Source of the DNA: Lytechinus pictus | Taxonomy: Eukaryota | Direction of reading: 5' to 3' | DNA: 64,000 bases | Assembly: GCF_037042905.1 (NCBI RefSeq) | Contig: NC_087252.1 | Span: 11,904,001-11,968,000, forward strand | Shown here: positions 40,547-53,442 of the stretch, in pieces | Layout of the letters: each line of letters starts with the position of its first letter | How positions within the stretch are numbered: position 1 is the first letter of the stretch | Translations under genes and position numbers: made by a program | Notes under the pieces: generated by a model | The model's database searches: none | What the model was told of the DNA's origin: nothing | Seen by the model: the letters and a program-made list of their open reading frames with translations, nothing else

Positions 40547-43357
40547 CTGCAAGATAAAAACAGTGGATCGGAATAATTATCAGGATCACGTAAAATCCGA
40601 TAAAATGATGCACCCATATAGGGATTTATGTTTGCTTTGCTATAATTGAGATGTCATTAAAATTGCAAAATATATACAGAGTACGGGAGATAAAAAAAAA
40701 GTCAAGTGAAGCACTGAGATGGTCACTTGTTTAAGTTTTCTCTTAAATTTTACATATCCAATGTAGTTCTATGAAGAATAGCATGGATATATATCATAGG
40801 GCTGCAAGGTTGGATTACTAGTTGAGAGTGAGTTCTGATATACTGATATAACCTAGGGCAATGGTATTATTTAAGGGTCAAAATAAGTGACATGAATCGA
40901 ACTGCATGCAAAGTAAGCATAATTGTAGAGAGGAAAAAGATCAAAATGGGTGTGTCTCATTCTCATTACCCGGAAAGTTCTCAGCCCTGAATCATCTTTA
41001 ACAAGATTGTATGCTATATCAATATTTGCTAAAAACTTACCAAACGAAATGGCAAGGCTCAGTAATAGACAAATCTCTTCAAGAATTACCTCCATTGCTC
41101 AGCAAAACACAACGAGAGATTGAGAAGAAGGATCACTGCTTTGAAAAATGGCCAATAATTTATTGCACGGGGAAAGAATATTTAGGAGAATTCATAATTT
41201 TGATTCAGTTTCAGAACCTCATAAAGACATTAATTTTAAATGAAATGATACGTAAGGTGGTGATTCGGAATAAGAGGGCGCTCTTCAGGCCTGGGGCTTT
41301 AATCGTGGTAAAGTGTGATTCGATTATATCTCTGGATCCACCTGTGTGTATTTGGTCTACAGACAATGTTTTATCAAATCACAATTGGTCTAGAATTGAA
41401 TTGAAGAAGTGTTATATTCGGTTTTATACAACAATAAATCTTCATAATCTATGGTTTGCTTTAACACCCGCCCTTCCCCCTCCCCCAAAAATAATTCTTA
41501 TCATTATTATAATTCTAATTCTTCTTAATTTCCATAATGAATTCTTGAATATCGCCTTGAACACACTGCAAAGTAAATTTAAGTCCAATTTATTCATCTA
41601 TTTATCCATATATTACTACAATTCACTAAAAACAATTCATTATTGAATTAAAAAAAAAAAATAATAAATATATATATATATATATATATATATCGCTTTA
41701 TTATGTGCAGCTTCCATTTTACATGTTTTTTTTTCAGAAAATGCAATAAAAATATTCTTTATTAATGTTTTTTCCCGAGAAATGATTGATATCACGCGGT
41801 CATGAAGTGTTTTCCAAAAATGATAAAATGTCTAACTTAATCCTCCCACCCCCCCCCAAAAAAAAAACGACTTTCAACATAAGCACTGACAACGATTTCA
41901 AATAATGAACAAAGGTTTAGTGCATAATGATAATAATTGGCTGTAATCTAGCTTTTTATCAATCTACGACTGCTCAAAGCTCTTCACAATTATTATATTA
42001 CCCGGTCGGTGGATTCATAGCCTTTTAGCAGCCTGTTAGGCAGGATCGATTTTAGACTAGAATTTTCAGGGGGGGGGGTGGGACTTCTGGGGGCTTTAGA
42101 AATGTTCGACGTTGGTTTATTCAATACAATGAACATTACCTACTGTGGTTATCCTTATACTGACCAGCAGCTTGCCCCAATCCCCCTGAAAATTCATATC
42201 ATGCGAGGGAGCGTATAGCGCCGGGGAAAACACACACACACACATAAATTTTTTTTTAGAATGGTTATGACTTTTTCAAGTATAATATGCATCAGGGCCT
42301 GATGGTGTTATACATGTAGATGTAGATGAGAGCATTTAACGATAAAGGGGGGGGGGGGGGGTGGTTATCAGAAAATGGGTTTGTGTTGTTCGATGGACAT
42401 GGGTCGACACTCCTGATCTAAATTCCAAATCTAAAAGCGACATTGGCAGAGGCTTAACAGGGGTCGGTGGACAGGGGGGGGGGGGGGGCAAGAGCCCCCA
42501 AAATCCCGGTAATATCATGGTATGAACAGGCATAATAGTGTAATGAGGCGACTTTAAAAAAGAATTGCGAGCAAGCAAACATTTTGACCTTTTTAATACA
42601 AAAATCAAATTTTGCGATAGATTTTGACATGATATCCAGAAAATATTAATTTTACTCTTTTGTCTTTAGATTCCTTTTTGTGTGGTCTGTACGCCACTGT
42701 GAACAGGATTCTTTGCGGCAGTAACGTGAAGATTAAAAAAGAATAAAAAACGAGGGGCGCAGTATAGCACATGTGCTAGAAGGCTGCTTTATATAAGTCC
42801 CGAGCGAGAGAAGCGAGCGAGAAAAATCAGTGTATTATTGTCATTAAATTCAGTAAATAAAATCATATCATACACTTTTCCTTTGCTTTTCTTTCCTCCT
42901 ATTTTTTCTTTTTTGTAGAATTTTTTGGAGCCATGGCTTAACCCTTCCATACGCAGTGCTGTGCGGTTGGGGTCCGGGGCGGAGCCCCCGGAACTTCTTA
43001 ATATCAAAGCCATATTAAACCTCGCAGATTTCCGCTATTTTAATCAAATCGCGGGCATATACAGAATATAGCTTTTACACAACACATTCATTCAACCCAG
43101 TTGCGTAATGAACCAAATATTTTGAGGGGGCAAAACATAGCAATGTGGGAAAAATTGAAAAAAGACGCCAGCGTGCAAAGTGAGCTGGAAAAAAGAAATT
43201 TCCTGTTGGAATTAAATTCTAATTATGTGATAGATTGTTTACATTGTTTTCAGCAAAAAAATTCATTGTTTCCATTCATATCATTATACGTTGTCTCCTA
43301 CAATTTATTTCATTTCCTCTTGGGTGTGGAACCAAGACCACCCTACCCCCCAACCTA

Positions 43358-43536
43358 ACTGGGCGTTGTGGCGTGCGCCTGTAATCCAAGCTATGCGGGG
43401 AAGTTACAAATTGATGCAGAGGTTCGAGCCCTGGTCACGTCTTTCGGATGGTGACGTTAAAGGTCGGTCCCAGACGTAAATAATCATATCTGATTGATAC
43501 ACGTCTGACAAAACTCAAATACACACACACACACAC
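43358..43536 (+). mobile_element. SINE-like element with a 7SL/Alu-domain-like head, B box, Deu-domain-like core and (CA)n tail
   Basis: ACTGGGCGTTGTGGCGTGCGCCTGTAATCCAAGCTA resembles the 7SL/Alu 5' end; GGTTCGAGCC at 43421-43430; GTCTTTCGGATGGTGACGTTAAAGGTCGGTCCC core; CA tail. Confidence 0.65.
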
Positions 43537-44939
43537 TCGCTCCGCGCGCCTGTATATGCCAGTGATTTAACGTGATTGAATGGGGGCGTTATATAGCCAT
43601 TTGAAGGTTATAAATGGTCGAAGAGTCCCTACTGCGTGGGGTCTGGGGCAAAGCCCCGGTAGCTTATTTGCATAAAATTTAGCTAGCTTATACATGTAGC
43701 ACAATATTGTATGCAGTCCATCTTTCTTCCCGCTTTTTAATTTAAATCATCGGCAGCCCGGTCGTGTTATTATTTTCTTTCTTGTTCGTTTTCTTTTTTC
43801 CAATTCATCTTTTGTTTAATTACATTCTACCTTCGTTTCCCGTTATTGTTTGCCATTTTGTAATTTTTTTTTTAATTTCCCACCGTGCTATTAGAATTGC
43901 TTAACATAGGCCTATTTCGGAATGATTTGTTCTTTCTCAAATGTTCTTCTTTCGTACATTTTCCCTCTTTACTTCCCTTTCCATTAAAAAATGTTTTCTC
44001 TTCGTTTTATTTTCTCTTTTCCTTTTCCCTTTCCTTCTTTCCCTTTCCCCTTTCCTCCCCCTTTTCCCTTTTTTTATCCCTCCTTTTTTTCGTTTCCCCG
44101 TTTTTCTTTTATTTTCCTGGCGAAATCAGCCAGGGGGCAGTGTGCCCCCCCCCCTGCCCACCGCCTGTTACGCCACCGGACCTTGACATGCTTCAAGGCC
44201 ATATCTAGTATTGAGGACTCCATGATTTGTTTTTATATTTTGACATAAATGATGAATATATGTCAAAATATATTTAAAAAAAACATCATGGAGTCCTCAA
44301 GACTAGGTCATATACTACTATACTTAATGACATGTACATGTAATGCACTAATTATGTACCTAAAATTCACCTTTTTTGTCAAATAACTTTCTTAACTGCA
44401 AATATATTAAATACGTCTTTAAAAAGCGTCAGTTTACTTCCTTCATATGTTATAATGGTAATTTGATAACAATGCATTCATCACGTGCCCAAAGGCGCCA
44501 AATTCAAGTTGCTTGCCTTTCATACACAACTGCCGCCACGTACAGCTGTACGCTTTTTAATACGTAATGCATGCATGTACACGTATGCGGCGTTTTCATT
44601 TGAACAAATTCACTCGGCCTACATAACTTTGACACATTAATTCCTAAACTTAAAAACCATACGTATTTCACCTTGCCACTTGTCTTAAATGATAGCATAA
44701 CTAATAAACTTTAAGATAAACAAATAATACTCACGTCATTGGGCTCGTCTCACCAAACTAAAGAAATTTAACAACAACTATGGACAAGCGACACGCTTTC
44801 CATGACCAGACAAAATAGCAATACGCCCTCAGTCGGTAAATTCAAATCTTATAAAATAAAAATCGATTTACAAGATGAAACAAAAACAGTATCACAACAA
44901 ATTGAGAAATTACAAGAACTTCATCCTGTGCGCGACACT

Positions 44940-47603
44940 ACTTATAGGGTTAAAATTGATATTAAGAATGAAGTACAGGTTCAGGGTGTCTTTGATGACG
45001 AGTGATGTTGAGTTCAGTATACCATTCATGAACCAGGTTACTGAGGCTTACTGGTCTATATACTGTCTGATCTACATGTGAGAACGGCATCAACTGTCGG
45101 ATATTTAATGCATGACGGATGAGGAGTCAACAATATTATTACGGGAGAGTCTAAAATCGGGAGGAAAAGAAAAATCAGAAGAAAACCGTTTTTTAAGATA
45201 TGATTTTGCTTATTAGCGCTAAAGAAAAACAAACTTGCTAGAGATGTATAATGCTATTAATTTTTGTTTTCATAGTAATCTTATACAAAAGGGAACATAG
45301 TCTTATTCAGCATTATTATTGTGGGGCAGAAATGGGGAAAAGGCAGTCTCCAACTGATAATATTACCAGAACGCTCGGCACATTAACATAGAAAATGCAT
45401 GGGAAAATACTACAAAAAATTATTATAATTTTCACTTCGATACCAATAGTTTTTTAATGAAAAATATTGGGTTTACTGTGAGATATTCAGAAGGTAAGTG
45501 AGGACACCCTTTAAAGTTATTAGGTGTATGCATTGGTATGACCCATGAACATGATGAAGCCGGGGAAATGGATCATGCGCATCTCATGCATTTTCAATGT
45601 TGTACATCCACCAATTGGAGATTGTTGCTACTTTTGAATTTGTATACAACCAATCGGAGATAATTGCCACGTTGATTGTTTATAAATCAACAAATTGGAG
45701 ATGATTGCCAATTTAAATTTTGTATATCAACCGATTGGCGATGATTGCCACTTTGAATTTTGTATACCTACCGATTGGCGATGATTGCCTCTTTGAATTG
45801 TGTATATCAACCGATTGAAGGTGATTGCAAGTTTGCATGTTGTATATCAACCACTCGGTAATGGTAACCAGCCCCAACCCCCCCCCCTGCTCGTGACCAA
45901 AAAAAAAAAATAATAATAATAATAAATCTCAACGCTGATTCCTCTGATATGAGTTTCAAGTACTCATCTTCTAAATTTTGAAGGTCCTATCACTACCTAT
46001 CAACAATTTAATAACCATAAAATCACCACCACAAGGCCCCTCATACCCATACTTACAACGACCATAAAGCATAACCGATGAATTGATATCGTGATCAAGC
46101 TCCCGGTGTGAAGCGAAACAATGTAAACTTTTCCATCATCATTCATTGATGGGGTAACAAATACGCCTCTATTAGATGTGTATGCTGCAACATGGACAGA
46201 ATTGAACATATTGAAGGATCGTTAACTCTCCAGGATTTGGCCAGTGCATGCAGTGTTGCAGGAGGCCTGATATCCCGAACAGTTCAACTTATTTTGTGGG
46301 TTTGAACCAAAGCGATTCGTTTTGACTCCCCGTTGTAGTCAGTTTGAGATTGATTGTCAGAAATAGACAAAGTTCTTGGTTTAGCTAGAAGTGAATGAAA
46401 ACAGAAAATATTGACTTTTAGACTAAATGTCCATTAGTGGTCATCTCGTAGGCCTATTTATCTCCAGTGTTTAAAAACATCAAATAACCTAACAACATAT
46501 ACCTGTACAATTTTTGAATCATACTTTTAGTTGTGACTGTGAACATAATAGATGAACAAAAATAGCAGCTCGACCTCGAATTGCTATTCGGTTACGTGGT
46601 TGGCTTTAAATAGAAGTAAAATTTTGAATGATCTATTAAAGATTCTGATCTTTTGATTACAGCTTAAAGTCAACCGATTGAAAAAAAAAAATCAGCAACT
46701 CTCTGTAAGATAGAGCCTTGCTTAGCGGATGGCACTGCTTTTTTGCCCTCTTTATTCGAATATTACATGTTATATTGATTTTGCATCAAAGATACATCAT
46801 CATGTAGTCGTCATGGAATTGAACACATAATAAATTACGGTAGAATCTTTAGAATTGGACCCGTTATGGAATTCAAGTTGTGTCGTGGGAGAAGCTTCCT
46901 TGCCTCTTTCTCACCCTTCGATTTCCGTCTATGCCACACCACACCGTCACTTCACTGGTCGCGTGCTGAGCAGTAGGGGGCAGTAGGACTCTTTTGCCCA
47001 ACGCAATCGTGTTTTACGTACTGTCTCATTGCTTCTCATGTCTACGACTGTTTTTTTATATAGATTATATGTATAGTCATATTCACGTGCGTATTTCTTA
47101 TACTAATTTCCATTGGAAATCTTATGCATATTCTGCACCATCGACGAATACACATTGAAATTGAATTGCATTGGTTTACATTGAATTGAATTAAGAATTA
47201 AATTCTTAATTTACCTGGTAAGAGGACTTCCAAAGCGACTGAACTTCCTTCGATTTAACAATTCAATTTCAATTTCAATTTATTGAACAGATGTGCCTAA
47301 GGAGCAATATAAACCTCTGTCTTCCTATTGCGTACCATGAATAGAAAGGTTGTTGCTTTGTTCGTTTCTGGTTTCCATACCTTTATCAGTAAAGCATCTC
47401 CATACGTTTCTGATATAACCAAGTTAACACACGATTAGTAGATGGTGGGTTAAATGTACAAACAAGGGTAATATCACCTCTCCACCCCTAACGACTGGGT
47501 GGATATCAGGGTTTTGCAGACAGGTAGACACATTCATCCCATGTATCTAAGAAGCTAGGAAGACGATGAAGGTTACAATCAGAAGAGCGAAGCCAAAATT
47601 CAT
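44940..47603 (-). pseudogene. Unit B: pseudogenised duplicate of unit A ([SP+V]-C2a-I)
   Basis: Exons ~47215..47603, 46057..46384 and ~44940..45150 align to unit A exons. Splice sites are retained, but there are frameshifts, an internal deletion and a (CAATTT)n insertion in V. Confidence 0.88.
45596..45870. repeat. 40-bp minisatellite, ~7 copies
   Basis: Units like TGTATATCAACCGATTGGCGATGATTGCCACTTTGAATTT starting at ~45601, 45641, 45681, 45721, 45761, 45801 and 45841. Confidence 0.9.
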
Positions 47604-50229
47604 ACTGCCTGTACTCTTAGAAAAACAGGCGCAAATAGGAACCCCCGAGAAAGAAGATTTTCTTTACGTTTCCTTTATAAGAAATTTAAATGGTTGTATA
47701 AATAACCTAAAAGGCTCCAAGGTTGCTGTTTTAGAACCTTTTACGTAACTTTTTGAGGGTCGAGCATAGAACCCTCGAAGAAAACCTTTTCTAATAGAGT
47801 GCGGTTATGGGTTCTTCTTCTTGGTTTCAAGCAGTTTACCGATATATCTAGAGAAGATGTTCAAAGAGGAAGCAGTTTATTGCATTTTAATGATACAACT
47901 AATACAGATGTAAACGTTGTGGGTTATTTTGTCACAGCGAAAATGAAAGTTATTATTGTCTATTAAGAGGTGATTGATGGTGTTGTCCATAAATTTTTCG
48001 TGACATTATTATCTCGCACATGTCAAATAATATGTATTGATATAGCCCTACCGTATTAAATTAAATTTCTATCAACATTTCTTTAATTTCCATAGTGACA
48101 AGAGAGAAAGAGATAATACAATCATTACTTTAAATATGTATGTTTCAGCCGCGGATCAATGAACTTTATGAAGGGGATTCATATTGTACCAAAATTTTAA
48201 TAATTTAATAAAAAGAAGAATTGTATGAAAATTATTGTTTTTCATTTGATTATTCATAACTCCAAAGAGAGATTGCATATGATAAATTATAATTTCTAAT
48301 GTAAGAAATGACAAGTTCAAATTAGACTAGGATATTCTGGAATGTCTCAATTTCGTTATGTTGTCTTGTCTTTCTGTTTATTCTCACAATGAAAGTTTTA
48401 ATTATCATGGTAAAGTTGAAAAAAGTTGACTGGTTTGCGATGTCTTACTGCGCTGTTGACACAATGTTTTTTATTTAATATTTTGAAAGAAATTTAGCCT
48501 TTTGGCTACTATTAATACTCAATCATTAATTTTGGTTAAGTTTGCCACTGCATTTGTTTTTCATTACTTTGTTTTATGCTACAATTGAATTCAAGTCTAA
48601 ATTTTGTAAATCTGTAATACATTTGTCACATTGCTTGTGTATACTTTTTAATTTAGAGAAAAGTGGAGACGAGTGAGGACAGTCAAGTGGCTCAATTTTT
48701 TCTTCTAAAACAAAACAATCTCCGCCGCCAATCATACTCTACAGGACCTGATGTGGCTGGAAAACATTATGGCGTATCGGATGATTTGAATTCAACTTAA
48801 TCTAGAGATACATGTACTCACTTACAGTACAAATTGATGGTCAGTGGTAACACAACCAAATATATCTAAGAAATAAGAGACCTGTTCCTGTTACGGAACC
48901 CGTTGCATGCTGCGTCTATTCTATCCTATCTCGAATGATAGATAGAACCGTCGCAACTTCCAATCTGACTACCATTGTCTTCAAGATAAATGTAACTTTT
49001 TTTTATTAAATAAGCGTAATATATCCCTTAACTTGTGAAAGATCGAGAAGGGTCCGTTCCTAATTCTGCAATATACTGACACGCCGCCTTATTCAAATGG
49101 CGAAAACTTAAGAAAATAATTATGTAGACTGAAGTTGTTCTAGAGTTCTAAAAGTGGATCAAAAACTGAGATATCAAATAGCAATCCACATTTATCCTGG
49201 AATCATCCAATATTTTTTTTAGAGAGGTAGACGGGGGGGGGGGGGGAAATCATGTTTGTGGTTGTTTGCATGTCTCTACAAATATACATGTAATTAAAAT
49301 TGAATAACGAAAAACCTGGTTTTGACTTCTATCACTTCGCATTGTATGTTTATGTAGTAGTTGTAGTACTTTATTCTTTATTGAAAATCACACCCTTGAC
49401 TTCACAAAGCTGTCAGTACTCGCAACATAAGCCAAAGGTTTAATATGAGTACATTGTAGCTTTACATCAAACTCTCTTACTCTATAACACCAGTTTTCAA
49501 TTCCATTATTTGCCAAGTAACTTAGACCAAACAAAGAGTTTACTTGGATAGCGCACATAATTGACTTTACGAAAAGTACTCCTCAACCTTGCTACAGTTG
49601 TTTTTTTTTTGGTGATAAAAAGGGGGATCCCAACCCATTTCACCCATAACATCATTTTTAGGTGTGTATTTACCACCCCCTCCACAAATAAAACCTAAAC
49701 GCTGAGAAAAATCCACTGTTGATAGAAGAAAACTCCTCTGTGCTCCAAAGATTACTTGCATATACAGTCAAACAATAAACCGAACCACCCAAATGTTTAA
49801 AAATACCGATAATAAGACTCAAAACTCGGGAAGCTAATTAAGCCAGCATTTTGGTACACTTTTGAAACATAAAAAAAGATCGTCAACCAAATACCAAAGT
49901 ATTTGTATGAATCAACAATATGTATGTATATTTACCATTTTAATAGCATATTCTGCTGGAATTTCCAGCAATATCGGCCGTATTATCTGTTCTAGAGGTG
50001 GTTTCTGAATATTTGTAGGCCTATATACATATTTTTCTCAAATCAATTGTACAGTACAAATTATTCATAAAATATATTCTGACCCCCTTGAATCATCGCC
50101 CTCCTTTCCTTCATGAACCAGCAAAACAGGCAAATGGAAAGCGTCTTCCTCAACGTTTTATGATGGACGTTTATTCGACAAAATCTGCGCTTGACAGGTT
50201 GTCAGATCTGACATTTCTGACATCTTGTC

Positions 50230-51217
50230 GAGAGCTGAGAGGCTTTTGTCGAAAGTTGGAGGACCGGGACAGCAATAGCCAATAATCTAGGCGGAGGCTG
50301 CAGTTATTGTTTCGTTTGTTTATTTTTTTTTTTTTTTATATTCTGACCTGAAAGCTTCATATTCTAAGCAGTTTTGGTACCAATGATTAAGATGGGTATC
50401 TAAAAGAACAATAGATGCGACCGCGAATCGCGAGGTGAAAATTTTGATATTTCGATCTGAAAAAAATGACAGTTTAATGTACGTTTTTATAAAAAAAAAA
50501 ACAAGATATATATCCAACAAAAGATTATTGCATTATCGAAGCGGGTGTTCCTTTGAGGTTTAGAACTGAAAACAGGACATTCTTTTCTCCTCTTTGATCA
50601 TGAAAAGTATGGGTTTTTTCGACAGAAATGATGCGAGCGCAAAGCGCAAGCTAAAAATTGTTATATTTCTTTTTTAATCTGAACAGAGGATATTTTGAGC
50701 ACGATTTAAAAAAAGAACGAGTTGGGTATCTCAATCTCGCTTGCTTATTTCTGTGTAACATTACAATATTATTTCATTTTTGCACCAGCGGAATTATTGG
50801 GGGGGGGGGGCAAAACGATACGTTTGCCCCCAAATATTTTCATTGGTTGGGCGATGCCCCCCCCCCCCCCCCAGGATCGACGCCTCTGGCCACCGCCTAT
50901 ACACTCCCGTCTGCCCAATCAATATTCATGTATTCATCTCATCGTTGGACGTGTAGAGGTACCGGTATCCGTACTTGTACCTGTAATTGCTGTCGTGTGC
51001 CAACGACTTGAAATCCTTCGCCTGATCAGACGTATATCTTGCGTTCAGCATAACCGCAAAGACAATAACTGCAGCATCCGCCTTGATTATAGGCTAGGAC
51101 AACAACGGAGTGTCTTGACTCTGAACAGCTATAATTTGCAATTGATCGTCCGGTGTAACTCTTCGGATGATCTCCTGCCCTGGTCCACCAATTTTCGACA
51201 AATGTCACACAGCTCTC
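50230..51217. mobile_element. Non-autonomous DNA transposon with long imperfect TIRs (possibly MULE-like)
   Basis: GAGAGCTGAGAGGCTTTTGTCGAAAGTTGGAGGACCGGGACAG (from 50230) is the inverse of CTGCCCTGGTCCACCAATTTTCGACAAATGTCACACAGCTCTC (to 51217). A second inverted pair: TAGCCAATAATCTAGGCGGAGGCTGCAG / CTGCAGCATCCGCCTTGATTATAGGCTA. Confidence 0.75.
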
Positions 51218-53395
51218 CATTGTGATTTGACTTGCATTTTCAAAAAACTTTGTGCGTTGTAGATAGCGGTTCCGGAGTAAATGCGGAAGGTCTCTATTAG
51301 GAATGAAGTAGGAGGTTTAGGGTGTTTTTGATGACGAGTGCTGTTCTTGTGTTTAGTACCATTCCAGAGCCAGGTTATCGATGCTATTGGTCTACTATCT
51401 GATCTACATGTGAGAATGGCGTCAACTTTTGGTCTGATATTGAATACACGACGAACTGAGAAATCCACGATGACAGGAGAGTCTATAATCGGGATGAAAA
51501 TAAAATTCAAAAGAAAGACATTTTCCACAAATGAAATTTTGCTGATTGGCACTATAAGAACGAAAAATAATGCTTGAAATTAATTATTCTTAATTTTCTT
51601 TCATATTACTCATGAACATACATCACAAGGAAAAAAGTAATTGTGAGATTTATTCAGCATTATCATTTTGGGGTGGTAGGGGGGGGGGGTGTCAGGCTCG
51701 GAAAGCTGACACAGAGAACGCTTGGAAAAATAATATTTAAAATGATGATAAAGTTTCACTTCGATATCAAGATTTTTATTAATTATGAGCCATTAAGAAG
51801 TTAAGTGTAGACAATAATCAGCGTGATTAGGCAATGCATTAATATGAGCCGGGATGCCAGGGAAATGGATCATGCCCATCACATTAATTTTCAATTTTGT
51901 ATATCAACCAATTGGTGATGATCGCCCCCCCCCCCCTGGACGTGAACAAATATCTATATAAAAAACACGCACCTGTCCATATGTGATGTTTGAAATATTA
52001 ATCATATTATCGATTTTTAAAGACATTATCACTGTACCCAACAAGTGAAATCTTCATTAAAATCACCGCACCTAGGCCCATTACTGGTAATCCCAATACT
52101 TACATTGAACAGAAAGTCGAACGGTTGAATTCATATCGTGATCAAGCTCCCGATGTGAAGCGATACAACGTAAAATCTTCCCATCATCATGCCTTGATGG
52201 GGTAACAAATACGGTTCTAATAGATGTGTAGGTGACACCATGGATGGTATTATACTGATCATCTTGACGAATCCTTGCCCATCCAGGATTTATCCATTGC
52301 AGTGTAGCAGGTGGTCTGATCTCTTGAACAACACAAAGTATTGTGTGGGTTTGCCCCAACGTGATGCTTATTGACTCCCCGTTGTGATCGGTTTCAGATT
52401 GATTGTCAGAAATAGACAAAGATCTCGGTCTAGCTAGAAGTAATTAAAACAGATTATTGACTTTTAATCGGATCGAACGGTTCATTAATATCCATGAACG
52501 TGGTCATCACATAGTTCTTTTTTTAATCTACTGTATTCGAAAATTATGAAGTATCTAACAACACATACCTGTAAAAACTATTTGATCATGCCTCAGTTGT
52601 GACCATCAACAAGTTTTGGGCGATTTAAGTTTCCATTCTCTTAATTACATCTTAGAATCAAGCTCATGCAGTTTTATTCAAATATTCAGCAGTTACATGT
52701 ACGATGGGACCATGGTATGTAAATGAAAATGTTATCATGGTTACACAATCTTAATTGGGACCTTTTCTTCGAATGTACACGTTCTGTAGATTTTTTGCAT
52801 CAAATATACATTAAAATAACTAATAAAGGTATTGAATATATAAACATTTTTTCTTAATTCTATCAGAAAAAGTATACAAAATCCATAAAAATACAATTAC
52901 AATAAACAATTAAAGTATACTAAACAATAATAATAATAAGCCGCTTTTATATTGTTCTTAGTGCATCGAAACGACGCGTCAAAGCGCTTTACAGATATAT
53001 CTTTACCCTGGTCATCAGATCAATCAGTCATTCCTGTACACAATGTATGCACATCTTTCACTCCCTGGGGAGTATTCTAGTCAGTCGTCAGTGAGATGCA
53101 CACAGTACTTGGCAAACTAAAATGACTTTTACACCCTACCGGGTACCCATTTAGCAACTGGGTCGAGAGTAGCAAAGTGTAGATTAACGCTTTGCCAAAG
53201 GACGCCAGACCGCGGTTGAATTCGTACACACGACTACCTCACCACGGCTCCTCCACAACAAACAAACATTAAACATAACATATACATATCTTTGTTTTAC
53301 CTTGGAAACTTGGATGGATTATTAACTATTTGTAGCTTTATTCACGTTATGTACTTTTCAAGTTGTATACTGCCTCATTACTTCTTATATAATGC

Positions 53396-53442
<47 letters not shown>

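Noticed and set aside
41011-41646. 211-aa plus-strand ORF
   Set aside because: No recognisable domain; runs through low-complexity poly-C and ATT tracts.
43885-44248. Phe/Pro-rich hydrophobic ORFs as a candidate transmembrane exon
   Set aside because: Wrong strand for the array, and derived from a pyrimidine-rich low-complexity repeat.
45596-45870. CRISPR-like periodicity
   Set aside because: Contiguous degenerate units without unique spacers, in eukaryotic DNA with no cas genes.
51026-51220. Minus ORF with HSVVVLAYNQGG, resembling the missing C-terminal half of FN3
   Set aside because: It lies within the inverted-repeat arm of the 50230-51217 element, has no suitable splice context, and the match is short.
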